Below are positions 13,676 through 26,066 of a stretch of 64,000 nucleotides of DNA, one piece after another (position 1 is the stretch's first letter; each line of letters begins with the position of its first letter). Below the pieces are notes generated by a model, which saw nothing but the letters and a program-made list of their open reading frames with translations, had not been told where the DNA came from and did no database searches. The DNA is from Ruditapes philippinarum (taxonomy: Eukaryota). A program made the position numbers and the translations under genes. Where the stretch lies: contig NW_026853568.1 of assembly GCF_026571515.1 (NCBI RefSeq), positions 1-64,000 of the forward strand. The letters are read 5' to 3'.

Positions 13676-16600
13676 GTAAGAAAAATAATTAAGTGTTATA
13701 AATAAATATTAGATCTAATAATATGAAAAATAAGTGTTTTGAATAATAATACATAATAAAGATCAGCAATTTCTTTCCTTAAATAAGTGGGACCGAATAT
13801 TAATGTGGAAAAAGTTTGTGGGTGGCACTACTTTCAGGGAATCCGAGTCAGCTCGGCCCTAAAACATACTCCCCCCCCCCCCCCCCCCCCCCCGAGTCAG
13901 CTCGGCCCTATTCCCAACTCGGCACGGGTCAACTCGGCCCCATTTTAAAAATGGGTAAAAGACATCAAAGGACTCCTATTGTCATGGGCTATTATTATCA
14001 ATCAATGTACCGATTAATTAGGTGATAATTATGATTGACTCTTTCATTCAAATTTGATTAGTGACCACCTGCAATTAATTAGAAGCTTATGCTATTATGT
14101 AAACATGTTTTTGTTTAATATTTTTTTGAAAATTACTTTACAAACAAAATGCATCTAAGGAAACACATTTGTATTATATCTATATTCACAGGCACAAGGT
14201 TAGGTACTGGGAAGAAAAAATATGAAGTTTTATTTAATTTTATCTATGAAATATGGTGCTATATCAGTCAAATATATTTCATATTTTTTAAAAATAAATA
14301 TGAAATATAAATATGAAAGTGGGCGGAGTCAAAACTCATATTTATTTGAAGGGACTTCTTTCGCCATTTTGTTTGAAAAATCTGATAAATACAAACAACT
14401 TTTTTGTTGAATTTTGTTTTGAAAACTATCTAGAATGATAGAAAATGGTCTAACTAAGAAAATAAATCCGAACACCAATATCTTTAATTCAGTCATTAAC
14501 GCTGTACAGACGTTTATAAAGTTGTTTACGTGACGTCAGAATCTAGCGCTAAATATCGCGTGCAAAACAAGACGATACTTACATTACTGCGCGCTGTATA
14601 ATTGCAGTTGCGTAGCAGGCAAGGGGGTTCAGAACCATTTTTCTTTGATAATGATATTAAATAAAAAGGTTATTTTTTCGTTTTTCGTGAAATATGGTAT
14701 ATATTTTCACTCAACATGATAAAATGCCGTACCGACTCGTGAAAATATGTGGCATTTTATTATGTTTCGTGAAAATATATTCCATATTTCACGCAAACGA
14801 AAAAATATCCTCTTAATTTTATCAATCTGTTCATATTTTTTCTTCCCAGGTTCGATAATTGTGCCTGTGTCTATATTAATTTTCTCGAATCTGCAAGACA
14901 AATAAATAACTTTTTTTTCTAAATATACTTTATTTCAGCAGAGGTACAATGTATAATTATATAATAATAATAAGAAATTTCTTATTATTCATTTACCTTA
15001 ACAAACATGTGCAAAGCAAAGTAAATTATATATGTTATAGGCCTATATATTTTTGTAAAGTGGGCCGAGTTGACCCTTGCCGAGTTGGTATAGGGCCGAG
15101 TTGACTCTTTTCCCTTTCAGGGACTTCAAGGAATTTAGGATTTGATCTTCATGCTTTTTTTTCAATGACCACTCACAGTCACATTTTGAAACATGAAATT
15201 GCATGAACATTCCCTCATGAATTTGATTTTGAATTGGTGAACTTTCACAAAAAAATGAATAGATCTACAGGATCCATGAAACCGAAGTAACTAAGGTAGC
15301 ACAGTGTAAATGTTTCATTGTACACATTTTTATACTGGCATAGGACAGGTACGCTGAAGATAAGGCCGTAAACATATACTGGTACCTCATATATCGGTGT
15401 TACCAAATTCCAAGGTATTTGGCATAAGCAGCCACAAGTGCCCCCTAGACCCCATGCACCTGTGAGTTTTACTTTCACTTTTTAGCTCGACTATACGAAG
15501 TATATGGAGAGCTGTCCTACTCGCCCCGGCGTCCGCGTCCAGATTTTAGATTAAAATTTGGTGCAGTAAAATATTTTTCACTATAACTTTGTCATTTCTT
15601 AAGGTATCAACTTCAAACTTCAAATATATGTTCCTTATCATCAACCACGTCTTATGTGACAAGGTTCATAACTCTAGCACCAATATTTTCAGATTTATCT
15701 CCCCTTGAACTTAGAATTTTCCTTAAAAAATACTATTTTTTACTGATACTTCTTTATTTCTTAAGGGACCAACCTCATACTTCAAATATATGTACCTTAT
15801 CATCATCCCCATCTTATGTGACAAGGTTCATAACTCTAGCACCAATATTTTCAGATTTATCTCCCCTTGAACTTAGAATTTTCCTCAAAAAATACTATTT
15901 CTTACTGTTTCTTCTTTATTTCTTAAGGGATCAACCTCATACTTCAAATATATTTACGTTATCATCATCCCCATCTTATGTGACAAGCTTCATAACTCTA
16001 GCACCAATATTTTCAGATTTATCTCCCTTTGAACTTAGAATTTTCCATAAAAAATATTATTTTTTACTGTAACTTATTTATTTCTAAAGGGATCAACTTC
16101 ATACTTCAAATATATTTACGTTATCATCATCCACATCCTATGTGACAAGGTTCATAACTCTAGCGCCAATATTGCAAGAATTATCTCCCCATAAACTTAG
16201 ATTTATTTACTAGAAAAATTTTATGTTTTATTTTAACTTTTTTATTTTTAAAGGTATCTACCTCAAACTTCAAATACTTATTCCTTATCATCAATTACAT
16301 TTTATGTGACAATGTTCATAACTCTTGAAGCAATATTTACAGATTTATCTCTCTTTGAACTTAGGATTTTCTTTAAGAAATATAATAACTTCTTTATTTT
16401 TTAAGGGAGGAAAATAAAAGTGAAACTTATATACATGTAGTTTTTTTTTTTTTTTTGGGGGGGGGGGGGTGAAATGATGCCAAATTTAGCCACCTGACCA
16501 GAATTCATGTATTGAGGGACCTGAAAAGGATGGGTATGGTGGGCGTTGGGGCAGTGGGCTTACAAGTAGTATCCAGCACAACAATAACCATGATGTATAT

Positions 16601-19600
16601 GTTAGTGTTCATTCATGCTGTTCTACAGAAATTGGAAACTTCGACGGGAGCGAAAACGACCGGAGAATGTTTCTAATTTCTGTAGAACAGCTACAGATGA
16701 ATACTAGCATATTTAGTGTCAAACTTTATTTGGCCTCATTAATATTCACTTTACTTGTCACTACCAGTTCGCTTTATTAAACAATTACCTGAATGATTTA
16801 CATCACTTTGCACGCGAAAACGCATGTGCCCTTGTGTTTCAGTTGGGAAATATAGGGGACGACATATGGCTAATGCAAGTTTTCATTTGTACGATATTCA
16901 AACATTTATATTCGACAAAATTTTTGATGAGTTGGACACAAACATATGTTTGTGTCTGAGTATTTTTGATGAGTTGGACAAATGATACATTTGTACTCAG
17001 TTGCTAATATCTATATGATTTATACATGTATACACTTAATGTCATGTGTTAAAACGCGGTCACATTATGTATTTTCCAAAAACATAATGTCTTCTTTCAC
17101 TTTCTGTCTACCGAAAAAAAGAAAGCGAATAGACACACATGACTTTCCTCTTAGTTACAAATTAATAAAGACCTAATAAAAATAAAATTAATTGACATTT
17201 TGTATTGGTTTTTACTTTTACAATTGAATCTTTTTTTGCCAAGACATTGACTTAAATCTGAACTGCATGTATATCCTGTATCAATTAATGCAAAATTAAT
17301 GTAGGTTGACCTTTTGACGTCATTTTTACTTAATTACATATTCAATTTATGCAAATGCCTATTTTTACACATATTCAATATATGCAAATGACTATTTTTA
17401 CAAATGCGGTTCTATGAAAAATAGAAGTCGACTTTGAACGAAATTTGATGTAGTATCGACTTTTGTTCTTCTATGAAAATGAATACACAGGATTTTTAAG
17501 AAATACAGCGTTTTCATTGGATGGCAAATAAAACTGGACTCTAAAGATATAAATTATAAATGAGTTGCCAGGTATTATCAAAATATAAGATGTATATCAC
17601 TTCTATAAAATAATCAAAAGTTGGTATAAGCTGACTCAAATATCAACCCTTACTGAAATTTTTGTTAATTTCTGATGCATGGTAAATTTTAACTCTCAAG
17701 GAACATAGCACTTTGTCCAGCATTTTTTGCTAACAATAATAATATTAATTATTTTTTGGCAGATAATGTTAGATATGATAATATTAATCACAACTCTGCA
17801 GTTATAATAAAAAAAAACATGTTTGTTTCAGATTTGGGAGAAAAAATGTCATATGAAATGCCTGAGTTGAAGACATGCAAGAACAAATCATCTTGGACTG
17901 TGAGGTTGGCCCATCATATTCTTTCACCATTGGCAGTGTATCAACAATATGTAATTGATGACACTTATGAAAGTAAATGTGATATATGCCACTGTTGTAA
18001 AGAACATATATCTGGAGATTATGGAGACACTAGTATAGGTAAAACATATTTATATTTATTTAGTTATAAACATACCCACTGCACAACGAAGATATAAGTT
18101 TGGTATACTGGTTTCAGGCTGAATTGTCATGCAGTGAGGGGAGGGCATTTAGATTTACCATTGTCCGTCCGTCTGTTCTCTTTGTTCTCTGTTCTCTTTT
18201 TGTGTCGCACATAGCTCAATAAGTAATTGACCTAGAGTCATGAAACCTTACAGGAATGTTGATCAGCATGTGTAGTTGTGCACCTGGGTATTTTCGTTTG
18301 GATATTTTTAGTAATTTTAGAGTAATTGCCCTTGACTTAGTAAAAATTTTCAATTTTCAACTTGTGTCGCATGTAACTCGAAAAATATTTGACCTAGAGT
18401 CATGAATCCTTACTGGAATGTTGAATGGCATGTGAAGTTGTGCCCTTGAATTAGTAAAAAATTTCTGAAATTCGACTTGTGTTGCACATAACTAAAAAAG
18501 TATTTGACCTATAGTCATGAAACCTTACAGGAATGTTGCTCAGCATGTGTAGTTGTGCACCTTGGTATTTTCGTGTGGATATACTTAGTATTTTTGTGTT
18601 GCCTCTACAGAGTAGTGGCGACATATAGGGATCACTCCTCCGTCATCTGTCCGTCATTCTGTCCGTCTGTCTGTCCCAAAACTTGTTCGGACTACTCCTC
18701 ATAAACTACTGGTGCAATTTCATCCAAACTTTACAGGAATGATCAGTACCAAGTCTAGTTGTGCATATTGTCAGCATTTTCCGGTTCAATGATTTTTGTA
18801 AGAGTTATGGCCCTTTAATAATTTTTATTTTTAAAGTTTGTTTGGACTACTTCTCTTATACCACTAATGCAATTTCAATGAAACTTTACAGGATTGATCT
18901 GTAGCTCAAGTCCTTGCTCATATTGCACGGGTTTTCCGGTTGAATGATTTTTGGCCGAGTTATGGCCCTTTGATAAAAAGGTGTTTTTTTCTGTGTGTTG
19001 CCAGATGCACATAAGCTTGTCCGGACTACTCCTCATAAACTACTGGCGCAATTTTATCAAAACTTTACAGGAATGATCAGTACCAAGTCTAGTTGTGCAC
19101 TGTTTGTCTGTCCATCTGTCACAAAACTTGTCCCCACTACTCCTCATAAACTACTAGGGCAATTTCATCCTAACTTTACAGGAATTTATGTAACCACTAC
19201 CCCGATCACTTCTCCGTCTGTCACAAAACTTGTCCCAACATGAAATTGGCCATCATGAGGCGAAACATGTGATCACTGATCGCTCTTGTTACAGGTTTTG
19301 CCCTTGACTTAGTAAAAATTTACAATATTCAACCTTAAAGTTTACAAGAATGTTGGTCATGTGTACTTTAATATGCACCTTGGGGTTTTTCTTGTGGATT
19401 TATTCAGTATTTGAAGTATTTGCCCTTTACTTGATAAAAGATTTTAAGTTTTCAACTTGGGCACATATAGCCAAAAAAAAAAAAATTGACCTAGAGACAT
19501 TAGATTGACAAAATGGTGGAGTGTGGGGGCACCCGTGTCCTATGGACACATTTCTAGTTCTCTCCCTGTTGTTGTGCCCTTTCCATAACCAACTTTTCCA

Positions 19601-22352
19601 TGCCACTTTATGAGGCTGATTTACAGTAAATTGTTCAGCACCCAACACCCCCGGCACCCCACTCCTGGAAGTATGGCTATCCAACCATGTTGCCATTTTT
19701 GTGACCAGCAGCAGCTGTTGTGACCATCTCGGAAACTGCTCAATTAATTTCAATAAAACCAGACATATAACTCTACATTTGTAAGGAATTAAACGTTGAC
19801 AAATACTGATCTTGGCCTTCAAAGTCAATTTTTTTTTAAAAATTGAAAGGTGCATTTTAATTGGTCAGACTTTATCTTACAGTGGTTTCTCTCTTTATTG
19901 GGAAGAGGTCTGACTAGTCTCTTTATTGTCTCTTTATTTTCTTCAAAAGGGTCGATATAGAAGTAGGCTCCGTCCGTCAGCACTTACAGGACAGTAATTA
20001 TGTGGCTAGAGGGACAGTAGGTAACTGTTCTTTCTCTTTGATGTCATTCATTCCGTAATGCTTTTATGTGGATATTTTCACTTTTGTGTAGCTTAAAAGA
20101 ACAATAGAGAGAACAATAGAGTAGCCACATTATTACTCTCCTGTTAGAACGTCCGTCCGTCTATCTGTCCGTCCGTCACACTTTCATGTCCGGTCCATAA
20201 CTTTGTCATCTATCAAAGGAATCTGAAATAACGTGGCACAAATGTTTGTTATAATAAGACGATGTGTCATGCGCAACAACCAGACCCCTACCTCCAAGGT
20301 CAAGGTTGCACTTGCTCATTCAAGGTCAACATTGTCTATTTTAGGGTATATGTCGTGTCCGGTCCATAACTTTCTTATCTTTGAAGGGATTTTGTAAATA
20401 CTTGCCACAATTGTTCACAATAATGAGACGATGTGTCATGGGCAACAACTTGTCACCTACCTTCAAGGTCAAGGTCACACTTGGAGGTCAAAGATTAACA
20501 TAGTCTGTAATAGGGTATATTTTGTGTCTGGTTATTTTGTGTAGATTTTTAAATTCCATGTTTCACTTTATTTCTTTAATAAATTTATTGTTGCATTTGC
20601 AGATCTAACATTGATCGTAATTTTGAACTGAAAGTCCTGAGATCCATACCTTAATCTTTTTAAATCGCACAATTTAATGCTTCATATAAAATTTCCCTGA
20701 GGCGGAGGACGTTGGTAACTCTGTTACAAATTCTTGTTTGAAGAGGAGCAGTTAGGTTTTTAAGACAGGCAAAAATTATATTGAAATTTTGATAAAAAAA
20801 AATTGACAATCATACTTCTCAGTGTATATATATTTGTACTGTGTTCTTATTTAGATCTTTAACAGTTTGTACGAGGGGTTATCCAAAAATTCGTGGACTT
20901 TTTAATTATCTCTTGAACGTCAGCGTGTATTATAATGAATTTTATCAGCATAAATTGTATAATATTATCAACATACATTTGTATTTTGATAGGAACAGTT
21001 AATTGCGTCAATAAATTATGATTTTAAATTGCTTTTAAATAAACACATACACGGTACCCGGCGCACGGTAGAAAAGCGCAGTTAAGTCTTCGTATAGTTT
21101 TGCTAAAAAAACTAAAAATAAACATAGAAAACCCGGTAAACATCGCATGTTTCTTCTATGATGTCATTTAAGTAATTCTTTTTAATTATGGACGTCATTT
21201 CCGTTAATTTTTGTTGAAATCGCTAGAAACGTCAGACTCTGATATTGTTCACAAGGGGAAAATGACGGACACGCAGAAATTAGAAAATTGCTCGATCATA
21301 AAAATTTGTTGTATTTTGGGAATGACACCTACAAAAACATTTGAAAAAAATCAGTAGGCGAACAGAGAAAATAAAGTTTCACGATCATAAGTGTTTAAGT
21401 GGCATAAAAAATTAGCGATGGACATTACTTTGTGAAGCAGTAACGGTCACTGACTGCGTAACGTTGAAGCACAAGTTGTATACGTTATTATGACATTGAC
21501 GTCAATAACTTTTTGGAGTGAGCCGCTGTGGCAGATATGTGTTTATGTAAAATTAAATATTGTTGTAATATAAGAAACTACTAACATGATTTTTTCTGTG
21601 GTTATTTGTAATTTATTCTTCTAAGCAGTGTAAGAATTTCAAATCAATATCTCAAATACATTTTACACAACAAAGAAAGTCCACAAATATTTGGATAACC
21701 CATCGTATGTTTATTTTACATTACAGGAAACAAAAATGTATGGCATGGAAGTTTAGATATCCTTATTGGAAGAAGAGTTGGAATAAGTATTCATCATGAA
21801 GAAATATTTGATGACAGTGACAGTAAAGAAAATTCAACTTCATCTCCATTTGAAGTAAAAGATGGTGATTCCTTAGTTGGTGATAGACAGCAAATAATTG
21901 CAGAATCTATTGTGTTTGCCTTTCTGCAGAAAAAGATAAATCCTGATTTAAAACAATTCTTGATCCCAACCATAGGTATGTCAAAAACAGATGTTCTGTT
22001 TTATCTCTATGATCCTGACCATGATGTTCTGCTGGAGAGTCCACCTTTCTTTATTTTTGAAAGTAAAGGAGAGATATCATATATAACAATTCTTGCTTTG
22101 TGGCTTGCAGTAAATCATCCAATACTCGGTACAGGAATCACTACTCACATCAAGGATAGATCATTTACGGCTGACTTTCTTAAACATTTGGAAAATAAGA
22201 AGGTTGAAGCTATATATGAAAATGAAATTCAATTAGGACAATTGAACGGAGAAATAAGGTATGATCCTTACCATTTTCCAGATTATGGTGGGCGCTGGAT
22301 AGTCAAGAAAGGTGGTAAACCACTAATAGAAGCAGATGAAGATGTTTTGTGA
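13294..22352 (+). CDS. 404-aa intracellular protein with a PD-(D/E)xK restriction-endonuclease-like C-terminal domain; 3 exons
   Basis: Exons 13294-13675, 17832-18038, 21727-22352 (both introns phase 1, GT-AG) give 1215 nt with no internal stop. Motifs: GDTSIGNKNVWHGSLDILI ... FEVK ... QQIIAESIVFAF, then LIPTIGM..VLFYLYDP.HDVLL. No signal peptide. Confidence 0.8.
13837..15114. mobile_element. Non-autonomous DNA transposon with a 5-bp TSD (TTTCA)
   Basis: gggaatccgagtcagctcggcccta ... tagggccgagttgactcttttccc TIRs, subterminal CTCGGC/GCCGAG repeats, tttca on both flanks. Confidence 0.75.
15477..16400 (+). mobile_element. HINE-like element with a 162-bp satellite array (~5 copies)
   Basis: tttttagctcgac head and GCGTCC motif; (c/t)tatgtgacaa recurs at ~15651, 15813, 15975, 16137, 16301. 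Confidence 0.75.
17832..18038 (+). CDS. Nuclease-like gene exon 2 (DLGEKMSYE...CDICHCCKEHISGDYGDTSI)
   Basis: tttcag / G|gtaaaa, 207 nt, phase 1-1. Confidence 0.85.
18137..19559 (+). mobile_element. HINE with a complete nested HINE (18591-19290)
   Basis: Outer 3' end gggggcacccgtgtcctatggacacatttctagtt; inner element tgtgttgcctc ... gaggcgaaaca-hairpin-tcttgtt. Confidence 0.75.
20082..20740 (+). mobile_element. HINE-like element with ~169-bp repeats
   Basis: GTCC microsatellite at ~20150, tgtccggtccataacttt repeats, 3' hairpin gtaactctgttac followed by ttcttgttt. Confidence 0.6.
20872..21705 (+). mobile_element. Internally deleted Tc1/mariner element with a transposase HTH remnant
   Basis: TA TSDs; 30-bp TIR cgaggggttatccaaaaattcgtggacttt (27/30 match); remnant from 21262 MTDTQKLENCSIIKICCILGMTPTKTFEK...VSRS*VFKWHKK resembles the mariner N-terminal HTH. 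Confidence 0.85.
21727..22352 (+). CDS. Nuclease-like gene exon 3, putative catalytic D...EVK...Q region
   Basis: ttacag acceptor; the frame is open 61 codons upstream of the ORF-track start at 21912. Confidence 0.85.
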
Positions 22353-22404
22353 TTGTGATATATTTGTGTGGAAAGATAGTGCTGGTGCATTGACTATCTA
22401 GTAT

Positions 22405-23836
22405 TATTATACCCCCGCACAACAAAGTTGTAAGGGGGGTATACTGGAATCAGCTTGTCCGTCCGGCCGTCCGTCGGTTTTTTCTTGTCCGTCCAATAAC
22501 TTAAGATTCCTTTGACCCTTAGTCTTCATATTTGGTATGGAGGTTAGTCATGATTAGTAGATGACCCCTATTGATTTTGAGGTAACTAGGTCAAAGGTCA
22601 AGGTCACAGAGGCCTTGACTTCAAAAAGCTTGTCCGCCTAATAACTTAAGATTCCTTTGACCTACAGTCTTCATATTTGGCATGGAGGTTAGTCATGATT
22701 AGCAGATAAACCCTGTAGATTTTAAGGTCAAAGGTCAAGGTCACAGCGACCTTGACTTCAAAAAGCTTGTCCGTCCAAAAACTTAAGATTCCTTTGACCC
22801 ACAGTCTCATATTTGGCATGGAGGGTAGTCATGATTAGCAGATGACCCCTATTGATTTTGAAATCACCAGACCAAAGGTCACAGGGCCTTGACCACAAAA
22901 AACTTTTCCGCCCAATAACTTTAGATTCCTTTGACCCACAGTCTTCATATTTGGCAAGGAGGTTAGTCATGATTATTTAATGACCCTTATTGATTTTGAA
23001 ATCACCAGACCAAAGGTCACAGGGCCTTGACCACAAAAAACTTTTCCGCCCAATAACTTTAGATTCCTTTGACCCACAGTCTTCATATTTGGCAAGGAGG
23101 TTAGTCATGATTATTTAATGACCCTTATTGATTTTGAGGTCACCAGCTCATAGGTCAAGGTCACAGGGGCCTGTACTACAAAAAGCTTGTCCGCCCAATA
23201 ACTTAAGATTCCTTTCACCCACAGTCTTCATATTTGGCATGGAGGTTAGTCATGATTAGTAGATGACCCCTATTGATTTTGAGGTCACCAGGTCAAAGGT
23301 CAAGGTCACAGGGGCCTTGACTTCAAAAAGCTTGTCCGCCCAATAACTTAAAGATTCCTTTCACCCACAGTCTTCATATTTGGCATGGAGGTTAGTCATG
23401 ATTAGTAGATGACCCCTATTGATTTTGAGGTCACCAGGTCAAAGGTCACAGGGACTTTGACTTCAAAAAAATTGTCTGCCCAATAACTTTAGATTCCTTT
23501 GACCCACAGTCTTCATATTTGGCATGGATGTTGATCATGACTATAAGGTGACCCCTATTGATTTTGAGGTCACTGGGTCAAAGGTCAAGGTCATTGGGAC
23601 CTTGACAAAAACAAAAGCTTTTCTGTTCAATTACTAAAGAATGTCCTGTCCACAATGTATTGATTTTGACATTTTCACATTTGAAGCATGTAGAATACAT
23701 AACTTAGCAATGCACTGGCTTAGTAACCTAAGATTTGGCAGGGAGGTTGTCCTTGAGCTCTAAATGGCCACTGTTGATTCTGACAAAGTGGTATGCAGGG
23801 GTATTCACGCCATGATAGTGGCAGTTCTAGTTTTTT
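22405..23836 (+). mobile_element. HINE with a ~140-bp satellite array (~8 copies)
   Basis: atacccccgca ... tgcaggggtat sub-TIRs, GTCC microsatellite, monomer containing gacccctattgattttgaggtca..ggtcaaaggtcaaggtcac, 3' ttctagttt. Confidence 0.85.
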
Positions 23837-24545
23837 ATCAGGTCACTTGTCTGACACAAAGTACACTTTGACCTACAGTCTTATGACTTGATGTGAAGGT
23901 TGGTCATGACTGATAAATGACTTGATTTTGAGCACAAAAGATATAGGGTGAAGGACATCATGGGCAACAATGTCCTTGTGATGGCCCACTGTCCGTTGTC
24001 CATCCGTCACATCCATCCACAGGGGGTCTTTGATTTACCTTATTTAATACATGTATATAGTAAAAACTTAAAAATCTTCTTGTGAAAATAAGAAAAAAAC
24101 TAGAGCTAAGATATTTGGCATAAAACATTTTCTAGTAGATGCCTGCCAACTATGTTCAAATAAAAGCCCTGGGGTCAAAATTGGCTCCACCCCAGGAGAT
24201 GGAGGTAGAAAGTTCAATCCCCAGCCAGGTCAAGTGTTTGTTTTCCTTCTCTTTTTTCATCATCTTTTTATTATTTCACCTCTAACAGTGACAGGCTGAA
24301 CTGTTTAATAAATGGCTTTCAGAGTTAAAATAAGAAAACAACATCCTAACAAAATCTCAGCCACTGGTTCAATTTTGAAATAATTTTACACAAAAATTTT
24401 CTTAGTGACAGTATACAAAATTGTTCAGATTAAGCTGTCCCTTAATTGTTCCAAATTGTGCTTCTGGGGTGAAAAGGGGCTCCACTTTGACCATTTTACC
24501 TATTTTTCAGGTGAGCGATCCAGGGCCCTCTGGGCCCTCTTGTTT
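23837..24545 (+). mobile_element. Degenerate pearl/HINE-like element
   Basis: gtccgttgtccatccgtc microsatellite; 3' end caggtgagcgatccagggccctctgggccctcttgttt. Confidence 0.6.
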
Positions 24546-24689
24546 TGTTTGTTTCAAAGTCACATGTGTAACATTTTCAAGAACATTATGCATTCCCCTA
24601 AGTGGATATTCTGCTGATCAAATTTTATGATCTTTGCATGTTAAGTAACTACATGATATGAATTTTAAGATCACGTTAGGGTTAAACAT

Positions 24690-26066
24690 AGTGTTACCCT
24701 GTTCCATCATTCTGTCACTCCGTCATCATCAGTTTCCGTTCCTTATCTTAGTAACAGTTGCACACATTCAACTCAAATTTGGCATATGGATATGTCATGA
24801 TAAAATACAGGTTAAGGTCGAATTTGGTCATGGTATGATGATTTTTGGCAGAGTTATGCCCATATTACTTTGAAAATAATATGAAATTTTCAGTTTCCAT
24901 TCATTATCTTCCCAACGGTAGTACACATTCAACTCAAACTTGACATATGGATACGTCAAAGGAATGCGCAGGTCAAGTTCGAATTTGGTCTTGGTTTGAT
25001 GATTTTTGGCAGAGTTATGCCCCTTTTACTATGAAAAATAATATGAAATTTTCAGTTTTCGTTCATTATCTCCCCAACGGTATTACACATTCAACTCAAA
25101 TTTGACATATGAATATATTAAAAGAATGCGCAGGTCAAGTAAGAATTTGGTCATTGTTCAATGATTTTTGGTAGAGTTATGTCCCTTTCACTTTGAAAAT
25201 AATATGAAATTTTCAGTTTCCGTTCATTATCTCCTCTAGGGTATTTCTCATTCAACTCAAATTTGACATATGGATATGTCGAAGAAATGCGCTTGTCAAG
25301 TTTGAATTTTGTCATGGTTTGATGATTTTTAGCATAGTAATGCCCCTTTTACTTTGAAAATAATATAAAATTTTCAGTTTCCATTCATTATCTCCCCAAC
25401 GGTATTACACATTCAACTCAAACTAGACATATGGATGCGTCAAAGGAATGCCCAGGTCAAGTTCGAATTTTGTCATGGTTTGGTGATTTTTGGCAGAGAT
25501 ATGCCCCTTTTACTTTGAAAAAAAAAGGAAATTTTCAGTTCACAATCATTATCTCCCCAACAGTTGTACATATTCAACTCAAATTAAAGATATGGATATG
25601 TCGTAAGAATGCATTGGTCAATTTCGAATTTGGTCATGGTTTGATGATAGCTGACAGAGTTATCCCTCTTGAACTTTGAAAAAAAGTCTTTTCGTTCATT
25701 ACCTCCCCAATAGTTGTACACATTCAACTCAAATTTGACATATAGATACATCTTAGGAATAAGCAGTTATCTTTCTTGAATGTTAGAACAATTTTCAGTT
25801 TCAGCACTTCACTTTTGTGGAAATGTATGCAGCCATTATTTTGGCTACAAATATTCAATATGCAATTACAAAAGGTTAACACTGAATAGTTTCAGTGCCA
25901 TGAACTTTGTATAAAAATGTTTCTTGTTAACATTGAAAAGTTATAAGGGCTTTGAACTTAAAACACAAAAAATAATTTGTGCAAACAAATTGGAACTAAA
26001 TATTATAGCATTTGAAATGTTGGTTGCATGCGGGGGCATCAATGGCGTGACGACACATTTCTAGTT
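24690..26066 (+). mobile_element. HINE with a ~162-bp satellite array (~6.5 copies)
   Basis: cagtttccgttcattatctcccc...cattcaactcaaattt recurs at ~24730, 24891, 25053, 25214, 25376, 25537; 3' end gcgggggcat...acacatttctagtt. Confidence 0.8.

Noticed and set aside
15656-16072. 138-aa ORF with internal repeats
   Set aside because: Product of a 162-bp (54-codon) satellite monomer inside a HINE.
19427-19855. 142-aa minus-strand ORF
   Set aside because: Overlaps a HINE end within an intron; no domain signal.
22485-25750. Regular repeat arrays resembling CRISPR
   Set aside because: Whole monomers repeat with no unique spacers; eukaryotic satellite inside TEs; no cas genes.
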